From: Polyangiales bacterium
Lineage (GTDB): Bacteria > Myxococcota_A > Polyangia > Polyangiales > Ga0077539
DNA: 64,000 bases
NCBI GenBank assembly: GCA_044229975.1
Contig: JBGARZ010000002.1
Location: forward strand, 864,001 to 928,000
Reading direction: 5' to 3'
In this document: positions 27,245 through 37,882 of the stretch, one piece after another
Layout of the letters: each line of letters begins with the position of its first letter
How positions within the stretch are numbered: the first letter of the stretch is position 1
Position numbers and translations under genes: made by a program
The notes under the pieces: generated by a model
What the model was told of the DNA's origin: nothing
Seen by the model: only the letters and a program-made list of their open reading frames with translations
Databases searched by the model: none

Positions 27245-29071
27245 CTACGCGCTCCCGATGGCCATCGGGATGCCGGCGATGTCGTCGACGGGATGTTCCC
27301 AGACCTGGGCGCGCAGACGCTCCAGGCGGGCCTTGAGGTCGCGCTGGCGTTGCACCATCGCGTCCACCGCCGCGGTCGACGGGGCCTCGGCGCCCTTGGC
27401 CTCGTCGAGCGCGACCTTCGTCGCCACCAGAACCTCCAGCACGGCCCTACGGAGCTCCTCGCTCGCGGCCGTCACGAAGTCTGTCAGCTTCTGCCCGAAA
27501 CCTTCGATGGTCGCCTGGAGCGCCGGCCCGATCTTCGCCGCGCTCGCCCGCACCGCGTTGGGCCCCTCGGCCAACGCGCGCTCCTTGGTCTCCTTGTCGA
27601 CCCAGCCCTTGAAGAGCATCGCCAGCGCCGGCGCCGCCGCCGTCACCAGGGCGCCCACCGCGAGGTTCACCGCCACCATCACGCCCACGCCGAGCGCGCC
27701 GACGGCGACCACCCCGACGTCGTACTTCATGGTGTCGATCTTCACGTCGAAGAGCCCCGGCGCCTCGCCCGCGAAGGCGTCGAGCGAGCGCGCCGAGTCC
27801 CGCGCGTCCTCGTTGACGATCGCCACGATCTGCTCGCCCAGCGCCTCGAGCCGCTCGCCCAGGACCTTCGCCTCGGACTCCAGCCACTTCCGCCAGGTCT
27901 CCTCCATGAAGCCCGGCAGGAACTTCCGGATGTCGTCCGCCGACGACTTCTCGACCTCCAACCGGATCGCGCTCGCGAACTCGTTGGTGAAGGTCTCCAG
28001 GTCGCGCTGCGCCACCGCCTTGAGGGCCGCGATCTCCTCGTCGATCTTCGCGCGCCGCTGGTCGACCAGGGCCCGCGCCCCCTCGACGTCGTCCTCCAGC
28101 GCCTTCAACCGCCGGCCGAACTCCTCGCTGGTCATCGTGAGCGCGCGACGCCGCGCCGCGAGCCCGCGCCCCAGGATGTCGCTCACCCGCAGGCCCTCGT
28201 CGGCCGCGTAGTCGACGATCATCTTCAGCCGGTCGTTGCCCAGCAGCGACGACAGCCGCTCCAGCAGCGCGTCGAGCCCCGAGCCCGTCCGGTCGCCCTT
28301 CAGCGCCTGCGTCGCCGACAGGAACATCACCGGCGCCCCCGGCACCAGCGACGAGAGCTGCCGCGTCGCGTACTCCATCACCTCGACGCGCTCGCCGTCG
28401 CTCAGCAGGTCGGCCTTGTTGATGGCGAACACGATGCGATCACGGCCCGCGCCCAGCAGCCGGTCGCGCAGGAAGCGCCGCTCGCTCTCCTTCAGGATCT
28501 GCCCCGCGTCGAGCAGGAACACCACGCCGTCGGCGCGCGGCACGTAGCCGTAGGTGATCTCCGCCCGCTGGTGGTTGAGGTCGTTGACTCCGGGGGTGTC
28601 GACCAGGGTCACCCGGTCGCGCAGGAGGTCGGCCGGGTACTCGATCTCCACCCGCAGCACGTCCTCTGGCTTCGCGTCGCCGCCCGCCACCAGGGCGTTG
28701 AGCTTGGAGAACTCCACCTCCTCGCGCGGGCCGGTGAGGGGCCTCGACGTCGCGCCGGCGTCGGTCGGCCGGCGCACCACCACCGCGCGCGGGGCCTCGC
28801 CGTGGCGCACCTCGTGGATCATCGCCGTCGTCGGCGTGATGCCCGTCGGGAGCACCGGGCCGCCGAGAAGGGCGTTAACGAACGTGGTCTTGCCGTGGTT
28901 GAACTCCCCGAGCACCACCAACACGGCGCGCTCCTCCTCCAGCCGCGGCAGGCGGTCGACGAGCACGCGCTCGTTGAGCGACGCCGCCCCGGACTCGCCC
29001 GCCAGGCCCGCGAGCTCGCGGAGGGCGGCGGCCACCTCGTTCTTGATCTCGTTCACGTTGCGCAGGGTCAT
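27245..29071 (-). CDS. Bacterial dynamin-like GTPase
   Basis: G1 GEFNHGKTT, G2 PTT, G3 DTPG, G4 NKAD; helical stalk; hydrophobic paddle VGVVAVGALGVGVMVAVNLAVGALV. Confidence 0.92.
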   Translation of the reverse strand: MTLRNVNEIKNEVAAALRELAGLAGESGAASLNERVLVDRLPRLEEERAVLVVLGEFNHGKTTFVNALLGGPVLPTGITPTTAMIHEVRHGEAPRAVVVRRPTDAGATSRPLTGPREEVEFSKLNALVAGGDAKPEDVLRVEIEYPADLLRDRVTLVDTPGVNDLNHQRAEITYGYVPRADGVVFLLDAGQILKESERRFLRDRLLGAGRDRIVFAINKADLLSDGERVEVMEYATRQLSSLVPGAPVMFLSATQALKGDRTGSGLDALLERLSSLLGNDRLKMIVDYAADEGLRVSDILGRGLAARRRALTMTSEEFGRRLKALEDDVEGARALVDQRRAKIDEEIAALKAVAQRDLETFTNEFASAIRLEVEKSSADDIRKFLPGFMEETWRKWLESEAKVLGERLEALGEQIVAIVNEDARDSARSLDAFAGEAPGLFDVKIDTMKYDVGVVAVGALGVGVMVAVNLAVGALVTAAAPALAMLFKGWVDKETKERALAEGPNAVRASAAKIGPALQATIEGFGQKLTDFVTAASEELRRAVLEVLVATKVALDEAKGAEAPSTAAVDAMVQRQRDLKARLERLRAQVWEHPVDDIAGIPMAIGSA

Positions 29072-29096
29072 CGATGTGTCTCCGTCCTCGAAACCT

Positions 29097-29978
29097 TCAA
29101 AGCACCTTGATGAGCTCGGAGGTGCGCTGTTCGAGCTCCTCGCGGGTGATGCCCCCGGAGAGCCCCTGGGCCCCGCGGTAGAGGGCGCTCGTGTTGAACA
29201 GCCGCAGCGACTCGATGCGCTTGGTGAGATACGGGTGCGACATCTGGAGTTCGCCCACGCGCCCCATGCCCTCGCGGCCCTCGCCGAGCTGTTCGAGGTA
29301 GACGTCCATGTCCATCTCCGCGAAGAGCCGACGGCTCCCGATGGCCAGCTTCGCGAAGGAGTTGGTCGCCGCCTTCTCGTCCTTGCAGCACAGCAGACCC
29401 GCCCGGTCGCAGGTGATCTCCGCCGCGCGCGACCACGTCTGCAACGCGGCCTTCACCGGCAGCAGCAGCGGCGCCAGGAGACCCGCCACCGAGAGGACGT
29501 TGGTGATCATCATCAGCGTCGTCAGGTAGACGACGTGGTTGTTCTGGATGTGGCCGCACTCGTGGCCGATGACGAACTTCAGCTCGGCATCGTCGAAGTG
29601 GTCGAACATCGAGGCGAACACCACGATGGCCGCGTTGTCTTCGGTGCCGAAGGTGTACGCGTTGAGGTACGCCATGTTGGGCACGATGTAGACCTGCGGC
29701 GTGGGGATGCCGAGCGTCGTCGCGCACTCCTCGACGATGCGCTGCACCCGCGGAAACTGCTTGGGCCCGACCTTCACGGCGGTGCCAAGCAGGTTGCCCG
29801 CCGCCATGGACTTGCTGAGCTTCACCATCTGCGCGGCGGCGATCTCCACCGCCTTCATCTTCCGCATCGCGCGGAGCACCTTGAGGTCTCCCTCGAACGC
29901 GTACCCCTCGCCGCGCTCGCCCGTCACGCCGCCCTTGCGGCGCTCGACGTAGCCCTCGAAATCGAAGTTCATCGTCAT
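29097..29978 (-). CDS. M48-family Zn metallopeptidase
   Basis: NAYTFG, GHECGH (HExxH), RAAEITCDRAG, SHP..RI. Confidence 0.92.
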   Translation of the reverse strand: MTMNFDFEGYVERRKGGVTGERGEGYAFEGDLKVLRAMRKMKAVEIAAAQMVKLSKSMAAGNLLGTAVKVGPKQFPRVQRIVEECATTLGIPTPQVYIVPNMAYLNAYTFGTEDNAAIVVFASMFDHFDDAELKFVIGHECGHIQNNHVVYLTTLMMITNVLSVAGLLAPLLLPVKAALQTWSRAAEITCDRAGLLCCKDEKAATNSFAKLAIGSRRLFAEMDMDVYLEQLGEGREGMGRVGELQMSHPYLTKRIESLRLFNTSALYRGAQGLSGGITREELEQRTSELIKVL

Positions 29979-30085
29979 CCGTTCACCTCGCTGTCGGCGA
30001 CGACCGTAGCACCCGCCCCCGCCGCAAGCGATACGTCGCTCGGCCGCATTGACGACCCCTCTCGCGGCGTTGCAGGTTGCGCCCG

Positions 30086-32245
30086 GTGAACGACCCCGCG
30101 CCCCGAGCGCCGACCACCTCCTACGGCCGCACGGCGCTGTCGTTGCTGCTCCTCGCGGTGCTGTACCTCTGGGTCTTCCCCTTCCACGACGTCGTTCGCA
30201 ACCCGAACGAAAACGTCCGCGTCTACATGACCGTGGCGATCGTCGACGACCGCACCTTCGCCATCAACCGCATCGAAGGCGCCTGGGGTTACGTCAACGA
30301 CAAGGCCGTGCGCCTCGGCCGCCTCTACAGCTCCAAGGCCCCCGGCACGAGCTACCTCGGCGTCCCCTTCTACTGGGCACTCACGAAGCTCACCCACCAG
30401 GACTCGCACGTCCGCCCCCTCATCGCGCCCGCCCCCGCGGCGCCCGGTCGACCCGCGCCGCCCGCGCCCAAGCCGCCCATCGATCGCACGCGCGTGATGT
30501 ACGTGCTGCGGCTCTTCTCCAACGTGCTCCCGGCGCTGCTCTTCGGGTGGTTCTGGCACCGCTTCCTCGCGGCGCGCACGACGTCGGCCACGGTGCGCGA
30601 GGCGATCTTCTTCAGCACCATGGCGGGCTCGTCGCTCTTCGCCTACTCCCTCGTCTTCGCCAGCCACGCGCAAAACGCCTTCTGCTTCGGCGCCGCGCTC
30701 ATGGCACTCGCCACCGTGCGCGAACGCGACGCGGCCGACCTCGCCGACGACCGCGCGCCCCGCGTGAACTTCGGGATGATGTTCGTGGCGGGCCTCTTCG
30801 GCGCGGGCGCCACGCTCTTCGAGTACCCCGCCGCCATCGGCTCGGCCGCCATCGCCCTCTGGATCGCCTCCGTCGCCGCCGAGCGTCGCCGCGCCGCGCT
30901 CGCGGTCATCCCCTTCGCGCTCGGCCTCGCGGGCGCGCTCGCGATCAAGCACCACCACAAGCCCGCCGCCCTCGCGGCCCTCGTGGGCGTCGTCGCCTAC
31001 GCGCTCACCCTCACGCCGCGCGGCCTGCTGCGCCTCGTCGGCGCGGGCCTCGGCGGCGCCATCCCCACGGCATTGGTGCTCTTCTATCACCAGCGCTGCT
31101 TCGGCAACCCCTTCAAGCCCGGGTACAGCTTCCTCGAAAACCCCACCTTCCGCGAAGAGACCAACCAGGGCTTCTTCGGCGCCACCCAGTTCTCGTGGGA
31201 AGCCGCGCTGCGCCTCTGGCTCGACCCGGCGTTCGGGCTCATCCCCATCACGCCGGTGCTGCTGCTCTCGGTGGTCGGCCTCGGCGTGTACCTCGCACCC
31301 GACCTTCCGCCGTCGACCCGCTGGTACTCGCGTAGCAACCTGCTCTCCGCGGCCTTCACTGCGCTCTCGCTCTTCGCCGCGGTGAAGCTCGGTCTCGTGC
31401 TCAAGACCCACGCGCTCCCCGAGTTTCACGCCCGCCTCGGCCCTTGGGTTGCTGCGCTGCTCGTCGCCCTCGTCGCGCTCGCCGCAGTGCGCTTCCCGCG
31501 GCCCGCGAAGACCGACCGCGCCCTCGGCGCCGTCATCGCGCTCACCCTCCTTGGGATGACCCACCTCATCGGCATGATGAACAACTGGCGCGGCGGCTGG
31601 CAGGTCGGCCCGCGCTACCTCGTCACCGTCGTCCCGGCCCTCGGCCTGCTCGCGCTCACCGGCGCCGAGTCCCTCCTCGAAGCCGCGCGCCGCAACCACA
31701 ACACCGCCCAGCGCGTCGCCGTGACGGCCTTCGCGGGCGGCGCCACCGTCACCGCGCTGCTCGTCACCGGAACCCCTTCCGCCTGGTTTCCGCACATCCC
31801 GTTGGAGTACGCGTCGCCCTTCTTCGAGATGATGTGGCCGCTCATCCGCGATGGCTTCGTCCCCCACAACGGCGGCCTGCTCCTCGGGTGGAACGGGCTC
31901 AAGTCCATGGCGCCCTTCTTCCTCGCCGCGGCCGTCATCGCGGTGATCGTCCTCAAGGGCGATCGACGTCGACCCCTCGCGATGCTGGCCCACGGGCTCG
32001 CTGCCACGGCCGCCGCGTTGCTGCTGCTCCTCCCGTCGGCGGCAGCGTTTCGCCCCGAGAGCGCGGCCGTCACCCGCTACGTGAAGAGCGCCTTCGAGCC
32101 GCACCCCTCGGACGCCGCCACGCCGACCCCTCCCCCGCGCGAGACGACGGCCCAGGCGACGGTTCGTGCGCGGCGCCTCGCGGAGTCGGGCCAGACCCAG
32201 GCCGCCCTCGACGCATGGTTGCGCGCCATCCGCGAAGGGCGATGA
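30086..32245 (+). CDS. Polytopic membrane protein, GT-C-like
   Basis: Many TMs; NPNENVR..SSKAPGTS luminal loop, FGNPF..GY, GGWQVGPRYL. Confidence 0.75.
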   Translation: MNDPAPRAPTTSYGRTALSLLLLAVLYLWVFPFHDVVRNPNENVRVYMTVAIVDDRTFAINRIEGAWGYVNDKAVRLGRLYSSKAPGTSYLGVPFYWALTKLTHQDSHVRPLIAPAPAAPGRPAPPAPKPPIDRTRVMYVLRLFSNVLPALLFGWFWHRFLAARTTSATVREAIFFSTMAGSSLFAYSLVFASHAQNAFCFGAALMALATVRERDAADLADDRAPRVNFGMMFVAGLFGAGATLFEYPAAIGSAAIALWIASVAAERRRAALAVIPFALGLAGALAIKHHHKPAALAALVGVVAYALTLTPRGLLRLVGAGLGGAIPTALVLFYHQRCFGNPFKPGYSFLENPTFREETNQGFFGATQFSWEAALRLWLDPAFGLIPITPVLLLSVVGLGVYLAPDLPPSTRWYSRSNLLSAAFTALSLFAAVKLGLVLKTHALPEFHARLGPWVAALLVALVALAAVRFPRPAKTDRALGAVIALTLLGMTHLIGMMNNWRGGWQVGPRYLVTVVPALGLLALTGAESLLEAARRNHNTAQRVAVTAFAGGATVTALLVTGTPSAWFPHIPLEYASPFFEMMWPLIRDGFVPHNGGLLLGWNGLKSMAPFFLAAAVIAVIVLKGDRRRPLAMLAHGLAATAAALLLLLPSAAAFRPESAAVTRYVKSAFEPHPSDAATPTPPPRETTAQATVRARRLAESGQTQAALDAWLRAIREGR

Positions 32246-32258
32246 TGCGGTTCCTACG

Positions 32259-34073
<1,815 letters not shown>

Positions 34074-34082
34074 CCGCGTCGG

Positions 34083-34658
34083 TCAGGAGTCCGTGGCGAT
34101 GCCAGCGTCTGGCCCCGGGAAGGGCGGGTTGCAGGACGACTGCACCACGCTCCAACGCGAAGCCGGACCGTCGCAGGTGGCCTGGATCGAGTCGTACTCG
34201 CCGCAGCGCTGGTAGCCGCACCGCAGCGGCGTGGTGAGGTAGGTTCCGAAGGGGCAGGTGGTGCCGTTGGTCGGCGCCGAGGTCGGGCACTGCACCTCAA
34301 CGGGCGCCGGTGGGTTGCAGGTCGACGGCAGCGGAATCCATCGGTTGGTGCCGGGGTCGCAGCGCACGGTGGTGCCGACGCCAGGCGGGCAACCGGGCTG
34401 CTGCCGCGACGGGTCGCTGCACGTCTCGGGATCGACACCCGGAGTGCATGACGAGTCGGCGACGGGGAGCGTCGACGGACAGGTGCGACGAACATCCGTC
34501 TCGATGACCACGGGGTTGTCCGACGTTGGCCGGTCGGCAGCCGGAACGTCATCGGTGACCACGGGCGGGTTGACGGTGACGCTCGCACCGCAGCCGAGGA
34601 CGGTCGTCGCCGCGAGGGTCACCACGAAGGAAGGTCGGAGCGTCGTGCGTCTTTTCAT
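34083..34658 (-). CDS. Small Cys-rich lipoprotein (two CP..P..G..C..CNPP modules)
   Basis: Lipobox VLGC, Asp-rich linker, duplicated Cys module ending STCNPP/SSCNPP. Confidence 0.8.
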   Translation of the reverse strand: MKRRTTLRPSFVVTLAATTVLGCGASVTVNPPVVTDDVPAADRPTSDNPVVIETDVRRTCPSTLPVADSSCTPGVDPETCSDPSRQQPGCPPGVGTTVRCDPGTNRWIPLPSTCNPPAPVEVQCPTSAPTNGTTCPFGTYLTTPLRCGYQRCGEYDSIQATCDGPASRWSVVQSSCNPPFPGPDAGIATDS

Positions 34659-35341
34659 GGAGCCGTTGTAGAGCAGCGATGATGCCAACGGGGAAGTCCC
34701 GTGCTTCGCGTGCAGTCTGCACCGCGCGGCTGTGCCACGTTGGGTCGCGGTGCTGTCGGGAGGTCAGACCGTGGGGCGGTCGCGAGCGCGCGTCGTCGAT
34801 GCAGGAGCCCCATGAAGAGGCACGACGGCGGGACGATGAGCTGCCTGCGAAGCGTCGAGACCAGGGGCTCGGGTGTTGCGCGGAGCATGTTCGTGGTCTG
34901 GTTCATCACCGCGACTCCCTCGGCCATCGGCGCGTGCGCGGGGCGTCGGCGCGAACGCAGTTCTGCACGATCACGTGACGGCGACCAGGAAACCAGAAGT
35001 GCTGCGCGTAGTCGTAAGCGCACAAGACCGACGGCATCTCGTCGACGGCGCGCCACGGCGACTGCTCCTGGCGCACCCCGGAGCGGCGTGCGGACCTGGG
35101 CGAAGGCGTTCCACCGCGTGGTGCAGGTGCCGATGACGGAATGCGCCACGGAGGTGCTCGCCATCGACGATGACGGCCGTGGTGCCCACGGACACGCGCC
35201 CTTCGAGACGTACCGATCCGCCTCCCACGCCTGCTCCTCATCCGAGGCGCCGATCGCTGCCCTTGACCCCGGCTCCGGGCCTCGCGTAGAAGCCGCGTCG
35301 CTCGTCGGCCCCCGCGCCTTCGAGCCGTTTGACATCTCATC

Positions 35342-35494
35342 GCGATGACAGCGCTTGGGAAGTTCGGTGTGACACCGACGCGGCCCCCGCCACTGTAACC
35401 GGGAACGACGACGGCAACTGCCACCTGGCGCTTCAGCGCTGGGGAAGGCGCCGTCGAAGGATGATCCGGGAGCCAGGAGACCGGCTGTCATTGC
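35342..35494 (+). ncRNA. Cobalamin (B12) riboswitch
   Basis: Conserved order GGGAA - CGGTG..ACCG - GCCCCCGCCACTGTAA - GCCAC..GGGAAGGC - GAGCCAGGAGACC (B12 box). Closing stem GCGATGACAGC/GCTGTCATTGC. Lies ~140 nt upstream of ATG 35631 (SD GGAGG). Confidence 0.92.
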
Positions 35495-35630
35495 ATCGCG
35501 CGCTGCCACGGGGAGTGGGAAGTGCGTTCGTGACGCCGACTCGTCTGCGCCTCGATCACCCCTCTCGTCGCTCTGCGGCCTTGCGCGAAAACCCCACACG
35601 GTCCGCGCGGGTGCGCGCGGGAGGTTCTCC

Positions 35631-37007
35631 ATGCATCGTCGCATTCTCATCGGTTCCATCGGCTCCATCTTCGCGCTCGCCGTCGGTTGCTCTGACGACC
35701 CGGCGACCACCCCCGACGCGTCCACCACGGACGTCATCACCACCACCGACAACCCCGCCACGGACCTCGGCACCACCACCGACGTCGGCTTCTCCGATGC
35801 CGGGCCGCGCGACGTGCCGGTCGCCACCGACATCGTCGATGCGGGCGCCCCCGATGTCCCAGCGACCGACGGCGGCGGCGCGTGCGCCCTCACCCGCGCG
35901 CTCGTCACCACCAGCGACTACGTCATGGGCGGCTACGCGTTTGGCCCCATCACCCCGCCGTCCCTCACCGTCAGCGGGACCATGTCCCCCGACCAGGACC
36001 ACGGCCCGGTGCAGAGCGGCTGCATCGTCTACAACCTGCTGCGCGACAACGACGTCATCGCGGTGCTCAACCCTACGGCCCTCCCCACGGTCAGCCGCCG
36101 CATTCCCCTCCGCATGATGGCCGTGACCGGGGCCGACGCAGGCACGCCCGCCGTCGACGCTGGTCCGCCGCGCTCGTACCAGGCGAACCCCTACGACGTG
36201 CTCACCCTCTCGCCGACGCGCGCGCTGGTGGTGCAGTACGCGGTGCCCCGCATCGGCATCATCAACCCCTCGCTCGACGGCGCCGCAGGCGTCACCGGCA
36301 GCATCGACCTCACGCCCCTGCGCCCCTTCGCGGACACCGACAGCAGCCCCGAGGCCAACGCCATCGTGCAGGTCGGCGAGCGCATCTTCGTGTCGATGCA
36401 GAACCTCGACAACTACGTCCCCGTCGTCAACGGGACGGTGGCGGTGCTCAACGCGTCGGACCTCACGCTCGTCGACGCCAACCCCGCGGACACGGGCCTC
36501 CAGGCGCTGCGCCTCACGGGGCGCAACCCGGTGGCGATGGTGACGACCCCGACCGCGGCCTCCATCGTGGTGGCCGAGGCAGGCGTGATCGCCTTCGCGG
36601 CGCCGCAGACCCTCGATGGCCGCATCGAGCGCATCAACCCGACCACGCTGTCGGCCCTCGGCGCGGGCGTGACGGAGATGACCCTCGGCGGCGACGTGAG
36701 CGGCGTGGTGATGCTCGACGAGACCCGCGGCTGGGCCGTCGTCGGTCGCCTCGCCATGGGCGACGCGGGCGTCAACGACAACCGCGTGGTGGAGTTCGAC
36801 CTCAACGCGGGGACGGCCGGTCGCACCATCTTCACGACGTCCAGCATCGGCGGCATCGCGCGCGACCCGTCGGGCAACGTCTGGGTTCTCGACCGCAGCG
36901 CCGGGCGTTCGGGCGTGCACGTCTTCCGCCCCGACGGCACGGCCATCACCACCATGGCCATCACCGCGGGCGCGCAGCCGCCCAACGGCATCGCCTTCGT
37001 CCCGTGA
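35631..37007 (+). CDS. Surface lipoprotein, probable beta-propeller (YncE/BtuG-like), B12-regulated
   Basis: Lipobox AVGC, Asp/Thr stalk, repeated blade-like segments (ANPYDV, GSIDL, GRNP, PPNGIAF); directly behind the riboswitch. Confidence 0.8.
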   Translation: MHRRILIGSIGSIFALAVGCSDDPATTPDASTTDVITTTDNPATDLGTTTDVGFSDAGPRDVPVATDIVDAGAPDVPATDGGGACALTRALVTTSDYVMGGYAFGPITPPSLTVSGTMSPDQDHGPVQSGCIVYNLLRDNDVIAVLNPTALPTVSRRIPLRMMAVTGADAGTPAVDAGPPRSYQANPYDVLTLSPTRALVVQYAVPRIGIINPSLDGAAGVTGSIDLTPLRPFADTDSSPEANAIVQVGERIFVSMQNLDNYVPVVNGTVAVLNASDLTLVDANPADTGLQALRLTGRNPVAMVTTPTAASIVVAEAGVIAFAAPQTLDGRIERINPTTLSALGAGVTEMTLGGDVSGVVMLDETRGWAVVGRLAMGDAGVNDNRVVEFDLNAGTAGRTIFTTSSIGGIARDPSGNVWVLDRSAGRSGVHVFRPDGTAITTMAITAGAQPPNGIAFVP

Positions 37008-37816
37008 AGGGCGACCTCATCCCGTCGATGGGGCTGCTCGCGGTGATCGCGGGCGGCCTCGTCGGCTGCGGTGCTCCGGGCGTGACGCCGTCCATGGACG
37101 CGAGCGCCATCGACGTCGTCACGGCCACCGACACCGTGACGGTCGCCGACTCGGTGGTGGTGGCTGACACCATCACTGCGATCGACGTGGTCGCAGCGAC
37201 CGACGCGTCGCCCGATCCGTGGACGGACGCGGCGACGCGGCCCGATGGGCGTGTGGTGCGCGGGCCCTATGCGACGCGGATCGTGTCGTTCACTCCGGGT
37301 GCGGAGGCGACCTTCGGTCAGGCGTACCTGCCCGATGTGGTGCTGGGTCCGCCGGTGGGCGCCGGCGATCAGCGCGGCGGAACCGACGTGGTGTCGCTCG
37401 GCCTCGGCGGGACGATCGTGCTCGGCTTCGAGCGCGACATCGTCGACGGGCCCGGCGACGACTTCATCGTCTTCGAGAACGCCTTCAACGTCCTCGGCGT
37501 CGAGGGTCGCGTGTGGGAAGAGCTCGGCGAGGTCTCCGTCAGCGATGACGGCGAGCGCTGGGTGACCTTCCCCTGCGCGCCGATGGGCCCGCGCCCCCAC
37601 ACCGGCTGCGCGGGATGGAACCCCGTGTACTCCTCGCCCACCAACGGGCTCTCGCCGCTCGACCCACGGGCGTCCGGCGGTGACGTCTTCGACCTCGCGA
37701 CCATCCGCGTCGCGAGCGCGCGCTTCATCCGAATCCGCGACCTGGCCACGCAGGGTCCGATGCCCCCTTCGTCGGGCTTCGACCTCGACGCGGTCGGGGT
37801 GATCCACAGTCGGTGA
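37004..37816 (+). CDS. Cell-surface lipoprotein, BtuH-like/'cell surface protein' family
   Basis: GTGA overlap with the previous gene; lipobox LVGC; VVSLGLGGTIVLGF, GPGDDFIVFENAF, EVSVSDDG, GGDVFDL, GFDLDAV. True start lies inside ORF 35882..37816. Confidence 0.8.
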   Translation: MKGDLIPSMGLLAVIAGGLVGCGAPGVTPSMDASAIDVVTATDTVTVADSVVVADTITAIDVVAATDASPDPWTDAATRPDGRVVRGPYATRIVSFTPGAEATFGQAYLPDVVLGPPVGAGDQRGGTDVVSLGLGGTIVLGFERDIVDGPGDDFIVFENAFNVLGVEGRVWEELGEVSVSDDGERWVTFPCAPMGPRPHTGCAGWNPVYSSPTNGLSPLDPRASGGDVFDLATIRVASARFIRIRDLATQGPMPPSSGFDLDAVGVIHSR

Positions 37817-37882
37817 CCTGCTAGTGTCCGCGCCGCGGCGCGACGAGAGCATCGGCCGCAGAAAGCGGTCGGGGCAAACCTC

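Noticed and set aside
35329..35334. TTGACA as a sigma70 -35 box
   Set aside because: No -10 element at the right spacing, and the implied start would fall inside the riboswitch.
34701..35348. 215-aa ORF as a real gene
   Set aside because: Arg/Ser-rich, weak codon bias, no motif, and it runs into the riboswitch; kept only as a possible remnant.
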